A program made the translations under genes and the position numbers. A stretch of DNA of 58,266 nucleotides from Anthoceros angustus (Eukaryota; Plantae; Anthocerotophyta): contig MU008224.1 of the NCBI GenBank assembly GCA_010909165.1, forward strand, positions 1 through 58,266, written 5' to 3'. The notes beneath the pieces were generated by a model. It was given only the letters and a program-made list of their open reading frames with translations, ran no database searches and was not told the origin of the DNA. This document shows positions 27,694 through 38,997 of the stretch, piece by piece; position 1 is the first letter of the stretch; every line of letters starts with the position of its first letter.

Positions 27694-30600
27694 CACTGCT
27701 AGGAAGCGTGTCCTTTAGCGAATTACTACGGACATTACTACGAATTACTACACACGTAGTAAAATGCCCGTTATAAACACATAGCGTTAATTTCCGTGGT
27801 AATGTCTTCATACCGTATACCATGGCTATATATAGTATTCGTATGTGATATACATCACGATGTACTTCTGAGTTGACCGTACATCGATTAGGGTTTAACT
27901 ACGATTCACTTTACAACAACAATTACTACGTGATCTAGCGGCATTTACAACAAGCAATCGTGGTTAATAAAATATGGTTAAGTAACCAATGTGAATTAAC
28001 TCAAGTTTATTAACTGAAGTTAAATAACAGTGGTTGATAAACCATAGTTATGTAACCATGGTTAGGTTAATCAGTGAACTGTAGTTATAACGGGCCGTTG
28101 TAAAACACCTGGCTGCAAAATAAGGCGCGCAGTAAAAATCTGATGTAAACAGGACCGTAGTAAAGTAAATACGGATTTATATTACTGTAGTAAAGTGCAC
28201 TCTGTTGTAGTAAAAATGAAGGGAGTGCTAGGCGGGTGTGTGGGTTATGGGGCAGAATTCATTGCACCTACATCCTACAATATATTAGACTCCCAGCCCC
28301 CCTACATGCTACACGGGGCATCTAAGAATTTTCTCCACCCAGCACCTCAACTCAAAGACCGTGCCCCAAAGGTTTGCCACCTGCAAAAAAAGAGAACCAC
28401 GAACTTAAATCAGTTCAAGTTCACAGAACTTCAGGCTATCACAAAATAGACACAATAGTCCTGGACAACGACCTAACCAGAATCATGCTCAAGCATCCTC
28501 AGCTTGTCTTGCAACTTTGCGGGGAAGATAATGCCCCACCATCCACCCGTCATCTATGACATTCTGCTTTAGGATGGCCTCCATGACCTTCTCATCGCAC
28601 TCCTTGATGGAATAGCCTGCATCCTTCAACAAGGTCCACACATTAATCGCCTTGTCCTTCTGCCCCTTTGAGTCCACTTGCAGACCCAAAGCTGGAGTTC
28701 TAGTTCCAGACTGCATCCAAAACTCTTTCAACTTTATAAGCCAAGCCCCATGATTGGGTATCGCATTCATCGGTTGGGTAACCTGCCTCAACCAACTGGT
28801 TTCACACGTTAATAGCAGTGTCAATCCCCCTGTGAGTTAACCTGTGGACCCAAAGCAGGACTTGTGATTTTGGAATTCATCCAAAAAACGCAGCTTCACC
28901 AGCCAATTTCCGTGAACTGTACCAACAGCTCTGATCTCATCCACGGTTGGCTCCTCCCAAACTTTCCTCTGAACCTATCCAGAAAACCACGCTGCCCCCA
29001 TGGCCAAAGCATGTGTAGGTATTGCTACCGTATCCTTCACCCTCTTCATGGCACCCTCCTCCCCAGCACAAAATAGAAAGTTCAACTGCTTTGATCATGC
29101 GGCAGCACCTCGGTCCCCTATGTCTGCCCTAGGATTGAGAAACACAGCACAGCAAAACTCCAGCTCACATGCAAAGCTTGCAGCACACGGCCTCGCTCAC
29201 TCGCGATGCCAGATTGAAAATCAAAGCAAATGCAGCAAGAGCAAAACCCTGCTGTTCGAAACTTTCAAACGCAATCAGTCCCTGGATAGGGCTCCAAATT
29301 GGACACACAGTATACCATTAGACTCGCCTCATCAAGGCGAGCAGTTTGGTATAAGAATCAACGGCAACCGACCTGTAACGCGGGCGCTATGACCCCTGGA
29401 AGGTTGGAAACCCCAAACTTGTTGGATCAGCGTTGCGGCAACGCTGCTGCGGCTAGTGAGGCGGGGAGGTGGTGCCTTGCTGTGGGTGCGTAGCCACCTG
29501 CTCTAAGCCCAGACGCACTCAGATCTCGCAGTTAGTCGTCGAAGTGACATGAAATCTGCTCACGTGCAGGTTTCTAGGAGTCGTGGGAACGACTTTGTTG
29601 ATGGGCTGCCTGCACCAGGCAGCTTGGAGTCGGGTAAGTCGCACCTGGCACTGCAGCGGGACACAGAAACATCAATCCTTGCAACCCTTGAGCCCAAATC
29701 TGGCTGGAACAACGAAAGCACTTGAGTTTCTAAGATAGCTGCAGGCACTCTCCTTGGCGCGACTTCGACGACTAGCTGCCTCCATCTCCATCTCCAGGGT
29801 TTAGCGTGGCGGCCATGGCTGGCGTCAGCGATTCTGGTGCGGGCTTGCCTCTGAGTCATGATATGAGACGAAGGGTTTTCCATACACTTGTACAGCGTCT
29901 CTCCCTTGACCGCGGTGTGAAACGCCGCGGAAATGACTCATAGTCAGGACTTCCGCCATTAGGTTGAGCAGGAATTTCGCAGCACTCGCCATGCGTGTTT
30001 TTGCATGATGTTTTTGCTCTGGTGGGAATGGAGCTCAAACCCTGGATATGGCTTGGTGAATTAGCACATTATCATTGCATTTATAGCCTTCTTCTTCCTT
30101 GGATATCGGTGATAATAGGACTTTACCCGAACCCTAGACCTCAAGCTAGCATATTCCATGCGAATCCGAAGCCAAGGTTACTTTAACCAAACCCTAACCC
30201 TCATCCGACATATTCAACTCGATTTTGAAGGCCAAGGTTAATTTGACCCAAACCCTAATCCTCGGCCACACTTCTCCTCGGCCATATGTGGAATAGTGCA
30301 GAAAATTTTAAAGGTTGACTTTGGGTTGTCATCAACAGCTAATTTTTAAAGGTTAAGTGGTTCAAACTAGTTTATGAGGATGCAAATGATCACAGTGAGG
30401 ATTGAAGAAGGACAATTCGAATGCACATAGTGAACCCTAGATCTTGTTATCCTTCTACCGAGTTCAAGATGATCCCTTTACCCTTGTGTCACCCAAACTA
30501 ATTCAAACTTTTTGTATGACAATAAAGTGGTTGTCGGGACCACGCATGGAAACGCGTTGTCTTTGAAGAAAATATGGATGCATAGGGATGTGGATGCATA

Positions 30601-31147
30601 TGGAGGATTTTTCAGCATGTCCCGCTTGTTCTCGCTTAGGGTGGCCTAAGCCGTCAGCGTACACCCGTTACCTCTACTTTTTCTTTTAGGGTAAAAGATG
30701 TGGGTTATCATCAAAACCCATTCTAAATTAGTCTTGTTAAATAATCGTGTCTAGTCGTAAAGGGTCTTGTTGAAAACCCCTGTGTGTAGTAAACTATGGG
30801 ATGTTGTAAAATACCATTGGCATGTTGTAAAAGAACCCGTTGCGATGGAGAAAGTCCTAGTAAATTGATGGCCCGTGGTAAACAAACATGCCGCTATAAC
30901 GTCCATAAGCTCTCTGTTGTAAGTAAAAGTGCCCGTAGTAAAATCCATTTTGTTTTTGCGTCGGTTTGCGCCTTTGGCAAAACAAGCCACAGTAAAGTTG
31001 GAATGAGGTTTAGTAAATTCGAGGCTATACTTGAAAATAATACATGGACTTGAAATTGCCTTCAATTGACGTAGTAAAATGGGCGTCGTGGTAAAATGCA
31101 CCCTGTTGTAAAGCGCAATTAGTAAAAGTATACTTTTCCTAGTAGTA
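27694..31147 (+). mobile_element. Non-autonomous CACTA (En/Spm) DNA transposon, copy 1
   Basis: Ends CACTGCTAGGAA...TTTTCCTAGTAGTA. 3-bp TSD GGT (27691-27693 and 31148-31150). Many subterminal TTACTACGG/CCGTAGTAAA repeats. No transposase motifs seen. Confidence 0.9.
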
Positions 31148-31850
31148 GGTATGACCAAACGCGTTGACCCGTGAGACCGTTAAAGCGTGGTCACATCCGT
31201 TCACATCCGTCACACACATCCAGTCTCTTTCTCTCTCCTCTCCGCTACACTCTCGGTCTTAGAAAAAGGCATGGGTTACACCCAGTCGACCTCCTCGTCG
31301 TTCATGGCCTCCGTCCGGCTCTCGCCCCTCAAGGTTCCTCGGCTCACGTTCAGTCAGATTGATTGCGCGCGGCTCACGAGCACGGGTCACCGATCACCCT
31401 TCCACGCACACCACAACTTGTGGGGTGGTCACGGGCATCGATCTCCCGGGCGCCGTTTTCGGTGATCGGGACTCACGTTAGCAAGAAGACACAGTGCAAG
31501 AGCGGCATCAACACCAAGAAAGATGCTTTACTAGGCGACCTCGGCCCTCTTATCTGCGCCCAAGCGGCGTCTTTATTACACCCCTATTACGGCGTGCCTT
31601 CGGTATACCTAATCGGCCGCCTACCATCTATCCCCTATCTCCTTCGTTGGTGGGAAGGTCACAGGCCCCTCGGGAATGGGTGGTCAATCCCGTCAGCGGT
31701 TGTGGTGCACCCAATCGGATGATCCGTGGCGGGCCCCCTCTCTCCGGAATCACATCGGGTTGGGCTCTGGCGGTCGACAGCCCGTTACCACGGCGTCATC
31801 CTCCTGGCCTCCACAGGTCCTTGGCGGTGGGGCCACCCCTATCTGCTCCC

Positions 31851-34800
31851 CTAAGCGTAAGTCGAAGGGGCTCCTCCTTCTTGCCCGATCAGGTCCTCGA
31901 GGTCTGTCTCGACTCACAGACTTGAGTCGGCTTATTCTGAGTCCGGTGGCTGGGTCGGGCCTTGTCTCTGCAGGGTCGGACCTCGAGTCGGACTTATTCT
32001 GAGTCCGGACTTGGGTCCGGCCTCCCTGAGGTCGGACAAAGTCGGACTCCATCCCACCGGGTTTCCTCCCTCACGGGACTCCTCAGTGGCTCTCCCTCGA
32101 AGTCCTTCCATTCCCGATCGCCGTGACTCCTTGGCCCCTCCTTCCATGGTGAGGTCGGGGTGCTTACCTCGATCGCATCTCCCTCGTTCTGCTCCTCCGG
32201 TTGCTCCTCTCCGCGCTCCGTCATCTCAAGCAGGGCCACTAGGGTCCTGTCTTTGTCCCGTGGCCTTCATCTCCTTGAGGCCTTCCGAGTCCGTCCGTTT
32301 GCGGAGTGAGAGGCTTCTCGCCCGGGAGCTCGGTGGTAATAGGCAAAGTCAGATCGACTTGTTGGTGCCTCTTCCACGTGTGCGGGGCACCGATACTCCC
32401 TCGCCATAAGTGTTAGGGGGGCGTCTTTGCCCGGCTTGTTGAGCCACCTCTCTCCGCGTTGTGGTGGGGCCGGGGCATCACGCGAGGCTACAAGGCGGCC
32501 TCGGTCACCTCCTGCTGCCCGCTGTTGCTCCACTCTCCGGCTCCGTCGTTTCCTCTCCATTGCCGGCTTACCGCCATGGCGTTCCCGCCTTTCTCGGTGG
32601 ACCGGCTTCTTTTACGCTTCCGTGCTCGCTCCTCCGTTCATTACTTTAGCTCATGACTCCCTCTCCAGTGATCGGTACCTCGTCCAGGCTCGGACTTCCT
32701 CCGGCTCATACAGCACAGCAGCGTCCAACTCCTTGGATAGTCGCGATTTTCCTCCGTCTTGAGGCCAGCTGCACTCTATTTAGTGCTTTCGAGTCGTGGA
32801 TTCTCGTTGAGAATCACTGCTTTGCTCAAGCGCATCTTGGGTTGTAGCTCAGTGTCCTTCTTGTCCTCCATCTGCTGCCGCCTCTCCTCTACTTCCTGCG
32901 GTGTACTCGGAGATCTCCTATCTCCCAGTCTTGGCCTCCATCTCCTCCTTTGGCCCTTGCACTCCATAGCACTTTGTCGGCCTTGAGTTACTCGGTGCAC
33001 TGTGACTCTCTCCACGGTTCGATCACGTCTGTAGTGATCCGGTCGCTCTTTGCGGCTTGCTCCTTGCCGCCTTTACAGGCCGCCCACTTGGGCCGCCTCC
33101 GCCGGTCGAGCTCTCTGCTTGTGCCGGGCCTCTTAGCCTCTGCTGCGCTTCCCCCCTTGCAAGGTCCTCCGCCCGCGCTTGGGCCTCCCAGGCTTGCTTG
33201 TTTGTTGGTGAAGAACCTTAACGATCTGCTTGAACCGGGCCTCGCGCTCCGCCACCGGCGTTTCCTTCCTCGATCGGCGAGGGACTCCGCCTTTCCTTTG
33301 CCCCTCAGGCGCCTTCACTTGCTCTTGGGTTCCACCATCCTCCTCGGGTGGCCTCCACTTCACAGGTCTTCTCATTGTACCACGAGACCCCAAAGCATTC
33401 CGTCCATGGCGGTAGCAGGACTCGCCGTGTTTCTTCCACGGCGCGGTGAGGCCCCACAAAGTCCGTAGTGGGGCCGGCATTTCTCGGTCCAGGACCTCCA
33501 GCCATGATCCGGAGTAAGTCGGGGTGGGTTCTCGGACCTAATCGGGACCCTCGGGTCACAGTGGTGAGTCGAGCCTCACCCTCTTTGGCCCTCTTGGCCT
33601 CCTAACTCCTTTGTGCCCTCTTTCTCACAGGGCTCGGAGGAGGTGAGGGAGTCAGGAGCAAGCTCTTTGCCCCTTCACAGGGGGCAGGGGGCTCGAGGTG
33701 GGGGTCAGGGAGCAAGCCCTTTGCCCCTTCACATGAGGCGGCTCGAGTGGGGGCTGCTGCCCGATGACCTCTGCTCCTTGAGCCCGTCCCTTCACCTCCT
33801 TACCGCCTCTTGACCTCTTGCCACTCGTAGGCGGGGTAAGTCACCTCCGAGGTCTTTGCGTTGGTAAGCGGCACCGTCTTAGCCTCTTGACTCCCGTCAG
33901 TTCGTCGGGGCTCGGCCGTGGTTGTTGTTGCTGGCATGCCGGTGGGCGCCTTTCGGCATCGACTCCCTCACATGCGGTGCTCGGAGGGCACCAAAAGGAG
34001 GAAGGGAATCTCCTCCCAAACTTCCAGGTGGTGAGGGGTTCGCTCAGACGTATGGGGTCAGGAATCCTCGATCGTCCTCCTCCAGTCCGCTTGGTCTTGA
34101 AGGCGAGCCCCCACCTCAGCGCCCTTGCTCCGCCAGCGGGCCTCCTTCCGGGCGCCGTTCAAGCTCTCCTCCTTGAGGGCTCGAAATGTCCCCATACATG
34201 AATCGGTATGGGGTCGGCCCCGATAAGCGAGGCTTCGCTCCTTAGCTTCGTGCCTCGGCCCAGACAGGCGAAGATAATCCTTCCCAGTCCGCTCTCTTCC
34301 CCGTGGGCGCATGCGAGAATACCAGGTTATCACCAAGGTGATCCACCTTGGTGGCGAGTTCAATGGACAATGATCGGGCTACCGCCCTTACTCGTATCCG
34401 GCGGATCGGATATCAACCATCCGTTGGTTGTCCATTGCGTTCGCCTCGGCATCGCGTGGCTGGCCCTATCTTCCCCTTAGCGCCTTAAGGGGCTGGCACC
34501 GCCCCTTCTTCCTCCTTGGGCGGTTGTAGGCCATCCTCGGGACCTCAAGGTCCATCGCCTCGAGTCCTCCGGAGGTTCTTGGATCGAACCTCCTTGTTGG
34601 CCCTTGCCAGCATCTTCCGAGCGAACTCCGGACCAAAAATGCTTGTCAAGGTCGACGGCGGAATACATCAGTGCCATTCCCCACCAATTCCCTTCCTCGA
34701 TCGGCGAGGGACTCCGCCTTTCCTTTGCCCCTCGGCGCCTTCACTTGCTCTTGGGTTCCACCATCCTCCTCGGGTGGCCTCCACTTCACAGGTCTTCTCC

Positions 34801-37160
34801 ATGTACCACGAGACCCCAAAGCATTCCGTCCATGGCGGTAGCAGGACTTCGCCGTGTTTCTTCCACGGCCGTATGAGGCCCCACAAAGTCCGTAGTGGGG
34901 CCGGCATTTCTCGATCAGAGGACCTCCATCTGATCAGGAGTAAGTCGGGGTGGGTTCTCGGACCTAATCGGGACCCTCGGGTCACAGTGGTGGTCAGTCT
35001 CACCCTCTTTGGCCCTCTTGGCCTCTAACTCCTTTGTGCCCTCTTTCTCCACAGGGCTCGGAGGAGGTGAGGTCGGGAGCAAGCTCTTTGCCCCTTCACA
35101 TCGGGGCAGGGCTCGAGGTGGGGGCTGCGTGACCTCCTGCTCCTTGGGCCACGTCCCTTTACGCCCTCCTTACGCCTCTTGACCTCTTGCCACTCCGTGG
35201 CGGGGGGAATCTGCGGCACCTCGAGGTCTTTGCGTTGGTAAGCGGCGTCTTCGCCTCTTGACTCCGTTGAGTTCGTCGGGGCTCGGCGGCCGTCGTGGTT
35301 GTTGGCTGATCTGGGTGCGGGCCGCCTTCCATCGGCTCCCTCACATTTGCTCGGAGGGCACCAAAAGGAGGAAGGGAATCTCCTCCCAAACTTCCACGGT
35401 GGTGAGGGGTTCGCTCAGACGTATGGAGTCGAATCCTCGATCGTCCTCCTCCGAGTCAGCTTGGTCTTGAAGGGCGACCCCCACCTCAGGCGCCCTTGCA
35501 CGCTCTACAGCGGGCCTCCGGCCCCTTGGGCGCCCGTTCAAGCTCTCCTCCTTGAGCTCGAAATGTCCCCATACATGAATCGGGTATGGGGTCGATAAGC
35601 GAGGCTTCTCGCTCCTTAGCTTGCGTGCCTCTGGCAGGCGAAGATAATCCTTCCCCGGTCGCTCTCTTCCCATTGGGCCGCGAGAATACCAGCAGGTTAT
35701 CACCAAGGTGATCCACCTTGGTGGCGAGTTCAATGGACAATGATCGGGCTACCGCCCTTACTCATCGGCGGATCGGATATCAACCATCCGTTGGTTGTCT
35801 CATGCGTTCGAGCCTCGGCATCGCCCGGCTGGCCCTATCTTCCCGCCCTTAAGGGGCTCGCTGCGCCCCTTCTTCCTCCTTGAGGCGGTTGTAGGCCATC
35901 CTCGGGACCTCAAGGTCCATCGCCTCGAGTCCTCCGGAGGTTCTTGGATCGGACCTCCTTGTTGGCCCTTGCCAGCATCTTCCGAGCGAACTCCGGACCA
36001 AAAATGCTTGTCAAGGTCGACGGCGGAATACATCAGTGCCATTCCCCACCAATTCCCCTTCCTCCGGCCCCTTGGGCGCCCGTTCAAGCTCTCCTCCTTG
36101 AGCTCGAAATGTCCCCATACATGAATCGGGTATGGGGTCGATAAGCGAGGCTTCTCGCTCCTTAGCTTGCGTGCCTCTGGCAGGCGAAGATAATCCTTCC
36201 CCGGTCGCTCTCTTCCCATTGGGCCGCGAGAATACCAGCAGGTTATCACCAAGGTGATCCACCTTGGTGGCGAGTTCAATGGACAATGATCGGGCTACCG
36301 CCCTTACTCATCGGCGGATCGGATATCAACCATCCGTTGGTTGTCTCATGCGTTCGAGCCTCGGCATCGCCCGGCTGGCCCTATCTTCCCGCCCTTAAGG
36401 GGCTCGCTGCGCCCCTTCTTCCTCCTTGAGGCGGTTGTAGGCCATCCTCGGGACCTCAAGGTCCATCGCCTCGAGTCCTCCGGAGGTTCTTGGATCGGAC
36501 CTCCTTGTTGCCGCATCTTCGGGCAAACTCCGGACTAGCGTTGTCAAAGGTCGACCATTTGGAACACGTCCGGATGCCACTCCCCACCAATTCCCTGCTT
36601 CCTCCGGGGCCCGAAGTCCGGATAGCGCGGGTCACATATGTTGCTCCACGAGGTCCATGGCTCCCGGACTTCCGCGGCTTTTGGGTGCCATTGCCTTCTC
36701 CTCCTCTTATTCTTGTGGCTGCGATCGGCCCCGGCACGATGTTCCTCCTCCGTTAATTTGCTCCAACCTTGACGGTGAGCGCGCTCTATGGCGCCCAAAA
36801 GATAGCGCGAGGCGGATTGCGGGCGCAAGGGGTAGAGGTTATGCGGAGGCTGCGTAGGCAGCCTCCTCCTCGGCGGCTTGTGGAAATGGCTGGGCGGAAG
36901 GCGCCTCTTCGTTGTCCGTGCGAGTGCACGCAACCTCGACCCTCGCTTACCTGCGCCGCGCGGGCGTGAATACTGCCTTATAACGGCCTCGCAAGGTTAC
37001 GGTCGACCTCTTGCATGCCGACCTCCACTCGGGGCCGTCCGTGGCGCCGCCTCGTCATCCTCACGCCTCCGCTCCTGGGTTACTTTCCTGGCGTACTTAT
37101 CTGTTTTGACTGGGTGGGTTCGGACTTATCCGTTACTCCGGCGTAGTCGGAGCTTGCCAT
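31851..37160 (-). CDS. LTR-embedded long ORF, copy 3 (with internal duplications)
   Basis: Same peptides (NSPPRWITLVIT, IHVWGHFELKEESLNG, EKTCEVEATRGGWWNPRASEG). Same stop context at 31851. Confidence 0.5.
33270..36510. repeat. Tandem duplications within LTR 3 (~1.4-kb unit plus an identical 546-bp unit)
   Basis: Sequence from 34690 repeats that from 33270. ORFs at 35795 and 36341 begin identically (offset 546). Confidence 0.85.
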
Positions 37161-37318
37161 AGTGGTGCAGGGGTCCGTTGTTCACTCAGTCCGGAGTATA
37201 CTCCAGAGCCTAGTCCAAGCGCTACCCCAATTTATTCCTCCTTTTCGCCTTATTTATCCTTCAATCCTAAAAGCGAAACCTACTTATTTCTTAACTCCCG
37301 AGGAGTGCATAGCCCACA

Positions 37319-37665
37319 GCGTGCCGGAGGCGATCTCATGGCGATCTCGTTTGCGGTTCGTGCATTCGCTATCTACCCAGAGAGGCGAGTATGTTGCGGC
37401 TTGAGGCAAGACCACATGGCTTGCTCGTGTAGTGGGAGACTTGGGGATCAAGGTTGGCGCCGGTGTTGTGTGATAGCAGTGCTATCAATTGGCAAAGAAT
37501 CCGGTGTTTCATGCGAAGACTAAACATGTGGATGTGAAGTATCACTTCATTGAGGTGTTGGGACGACGAAGGTACAACTTGTCAGGTTCACACCCGAACC
37601 CTAGATATTCTTACCAAGGGACTCTCTGAGCAATTTGCACAAGCTCGGACGATGGGCATGAGGTA
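37319..37665 (+). mobile_element. Continuation of the same copia element: RNase H
   Basis: Rejoining across the GCGTG TSD restores ..YVF..GGAISWRSR..LST..EYVAA..LAKNPVFHAKTKHVDVKYHFI, the standard copia RNase H signature. Confidence 0.93.
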
Positions 37666-37706
37666 GTCCATTACGCTGAAGGTAAATTGGCATTTAAGTG
37701 GGAGGT

Positions 37707-37955
37707 TGTAAGGGTATTAAAGCCCAATGTACTTGACTATACACTTAGTCTAAGTTGGGTGTCGATTAGTATCATTAGTTTGGCTTAAGCTAATTGAGGA
37801 AGCTTCTTGTGCTCCTTCCTAGGAGCTTCTTGTGGAGCTTCTAGGAGCTATTGGAGGTATAAATACCCTCAAGCCTCATCTCAATGAGAGAGAGTTACAC
37901 TTGCCTCCTCCTCTCCTCTCCTCTTTCCACCAGCATGTTGCCACACGATCCTTCA
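37707..37955 (+). repeat. Probable 3' LTR (~250 bp) of the copia element, preceded by a PPT
   Basis: Purine tract AAGTGGGAGG (37696-37705), then TGTAAGGG...ATCCTTCA (TG..CA with imperfect inverted ends) containing TATAAATA at ~37858. RecX-derived sequence starts right after it. The 5' LTR is outside the window, so the right end is inferred. Confidence 0.7.
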
Positions 37956-37960
37956 TAGCT

Positions 37961-38330
37961 TGGCCAAAGATCATCTTCTAAAACAAGCTCAACGCTAGTG
38001 GCAAAAAGCTGGCTCAAATGTAACACATGAAGCACGAAAATGGTGAATGGTTGGGCGCTGACGGATATGGGTGGCCAGTTATTGCAGATGTTTTGCAATC
38101 TTGTGGTGAGTAGCCTGAGGTGGAGTGGGATGAGTGAAAGATACGTATGTGGTTTGATCGTAGCCACACTAAACCTTGTTGTCCAACTTTGTGAAACCGC
38201 TTGTGTTTATTTTGTGTATTCGTGAGCGATCTGTCTTTGCTTGGAGCTTCTCCTTGGCGAGCTTTAACTCACGCTAGATGTCTTCGGCCACATCTGCTTT
38301 GCGCATCTCCATTTTCATTGCTATCACCGA
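37961..38330 (+). pseudogene. Duplicated 3' end of RecX (last exon + 3' UTR) with stop codons
   Basis: Aligns by eye to 44689-45070 (GGCCAAAGATCATCTTCT...TTGCTATCACC). CAG>TAG and CGA>TGA changes introduce stops. Confidence 0.9.
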
Positions 38331-38997
38331 CTGTGACTTGCTCTCTACGGGTGATACGTATCTTCACTAGAATGTAATTGCCCAATGCATGTTTAAACAA
38401 ACATATCCAAGCTTGTGATAAGTGATCAAATTTTTGTTTCTTGTCAAATTATTCATTTTTTGGAACCAGTTTACTACTCCAACAACCCACTTAATTCAAA
38501 ATTCTTAAAGATTAGTTCACGAGTTTTATGCATTCCCGTGCTAACCTTGTGCATGCATTTTGTGAAAACAGCTGTCAAAATTTGTCTACATGAATGGATA
38601 AGATATCATCAACACTTTTCGACTCAACAATGAAAGCTCCTCTCACAACTTGGACTCTTCCATGAAGTCGAGAAGCTCCTAACATGTTATAAATACAGTG
38701 CAAGACGAGATTGTGTAAATTATAATTAATATCATAATATTAATATTAATCCGCCCTCGGTAATCTTGTGAAAATTATCGAAGCTATTTCATACCACAAG
38801 CTCTATATATATGGGATGGTCTCATTAAATATATCAGATGAGTCACTTGTGCAAGAGGTAAGTGGGTTGTGGTTTAAACATGGGTTGTTGTTTTAATGCT
38901 CTCGTATATTTCCTACTCCCCTAGAATTGATGATTTGGTGAATCTCCGATCCATGAGGTCATGTTCAACAGATTGAAAATTTAAGTCTCCAGCAGCC

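Larger units (their letters stand above)
2352..37318 (-). mobile_element. Tandem Ty3/gypsy (non-chromovirus, Athila-like) retrotransposon array, LTR-int-LTR-int-LTR, with a single 5-bp TSD
   Basis: Termini TGTGGCGCG (2352) and GCCCACA (37318). TSD GCGTG at 2347-2351 and 37319-37323. Two gag-pol internal regions and three large LTRs. Confidence 0.92.
27525..37318 (-). repeat. Giant LTR 3 (5' LTR), expanded by a CACTA insertion and internal tandem duplications
   Basis: PBS at 27503-27521. LTR sequence resumes at 31148 after the CACTA element. Ends GCCCACA followed by the TSD. Confidence 0.88.

Noticed and set aside
30187-30262. AAACCCTAA telomere-like motifs (also ~46830, ~47560, ~55907)
   Set aside because: Only isolated or degenerate units, not a telomeric array.
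2496-37404. Dozens of plus-strand 60-260-aa ORFs rich in S/P/L/R
   Set aside because: They are antisense shadows of the GC-rich minus-strand gag-pol and LTR ORF, with no recognisable motifs.
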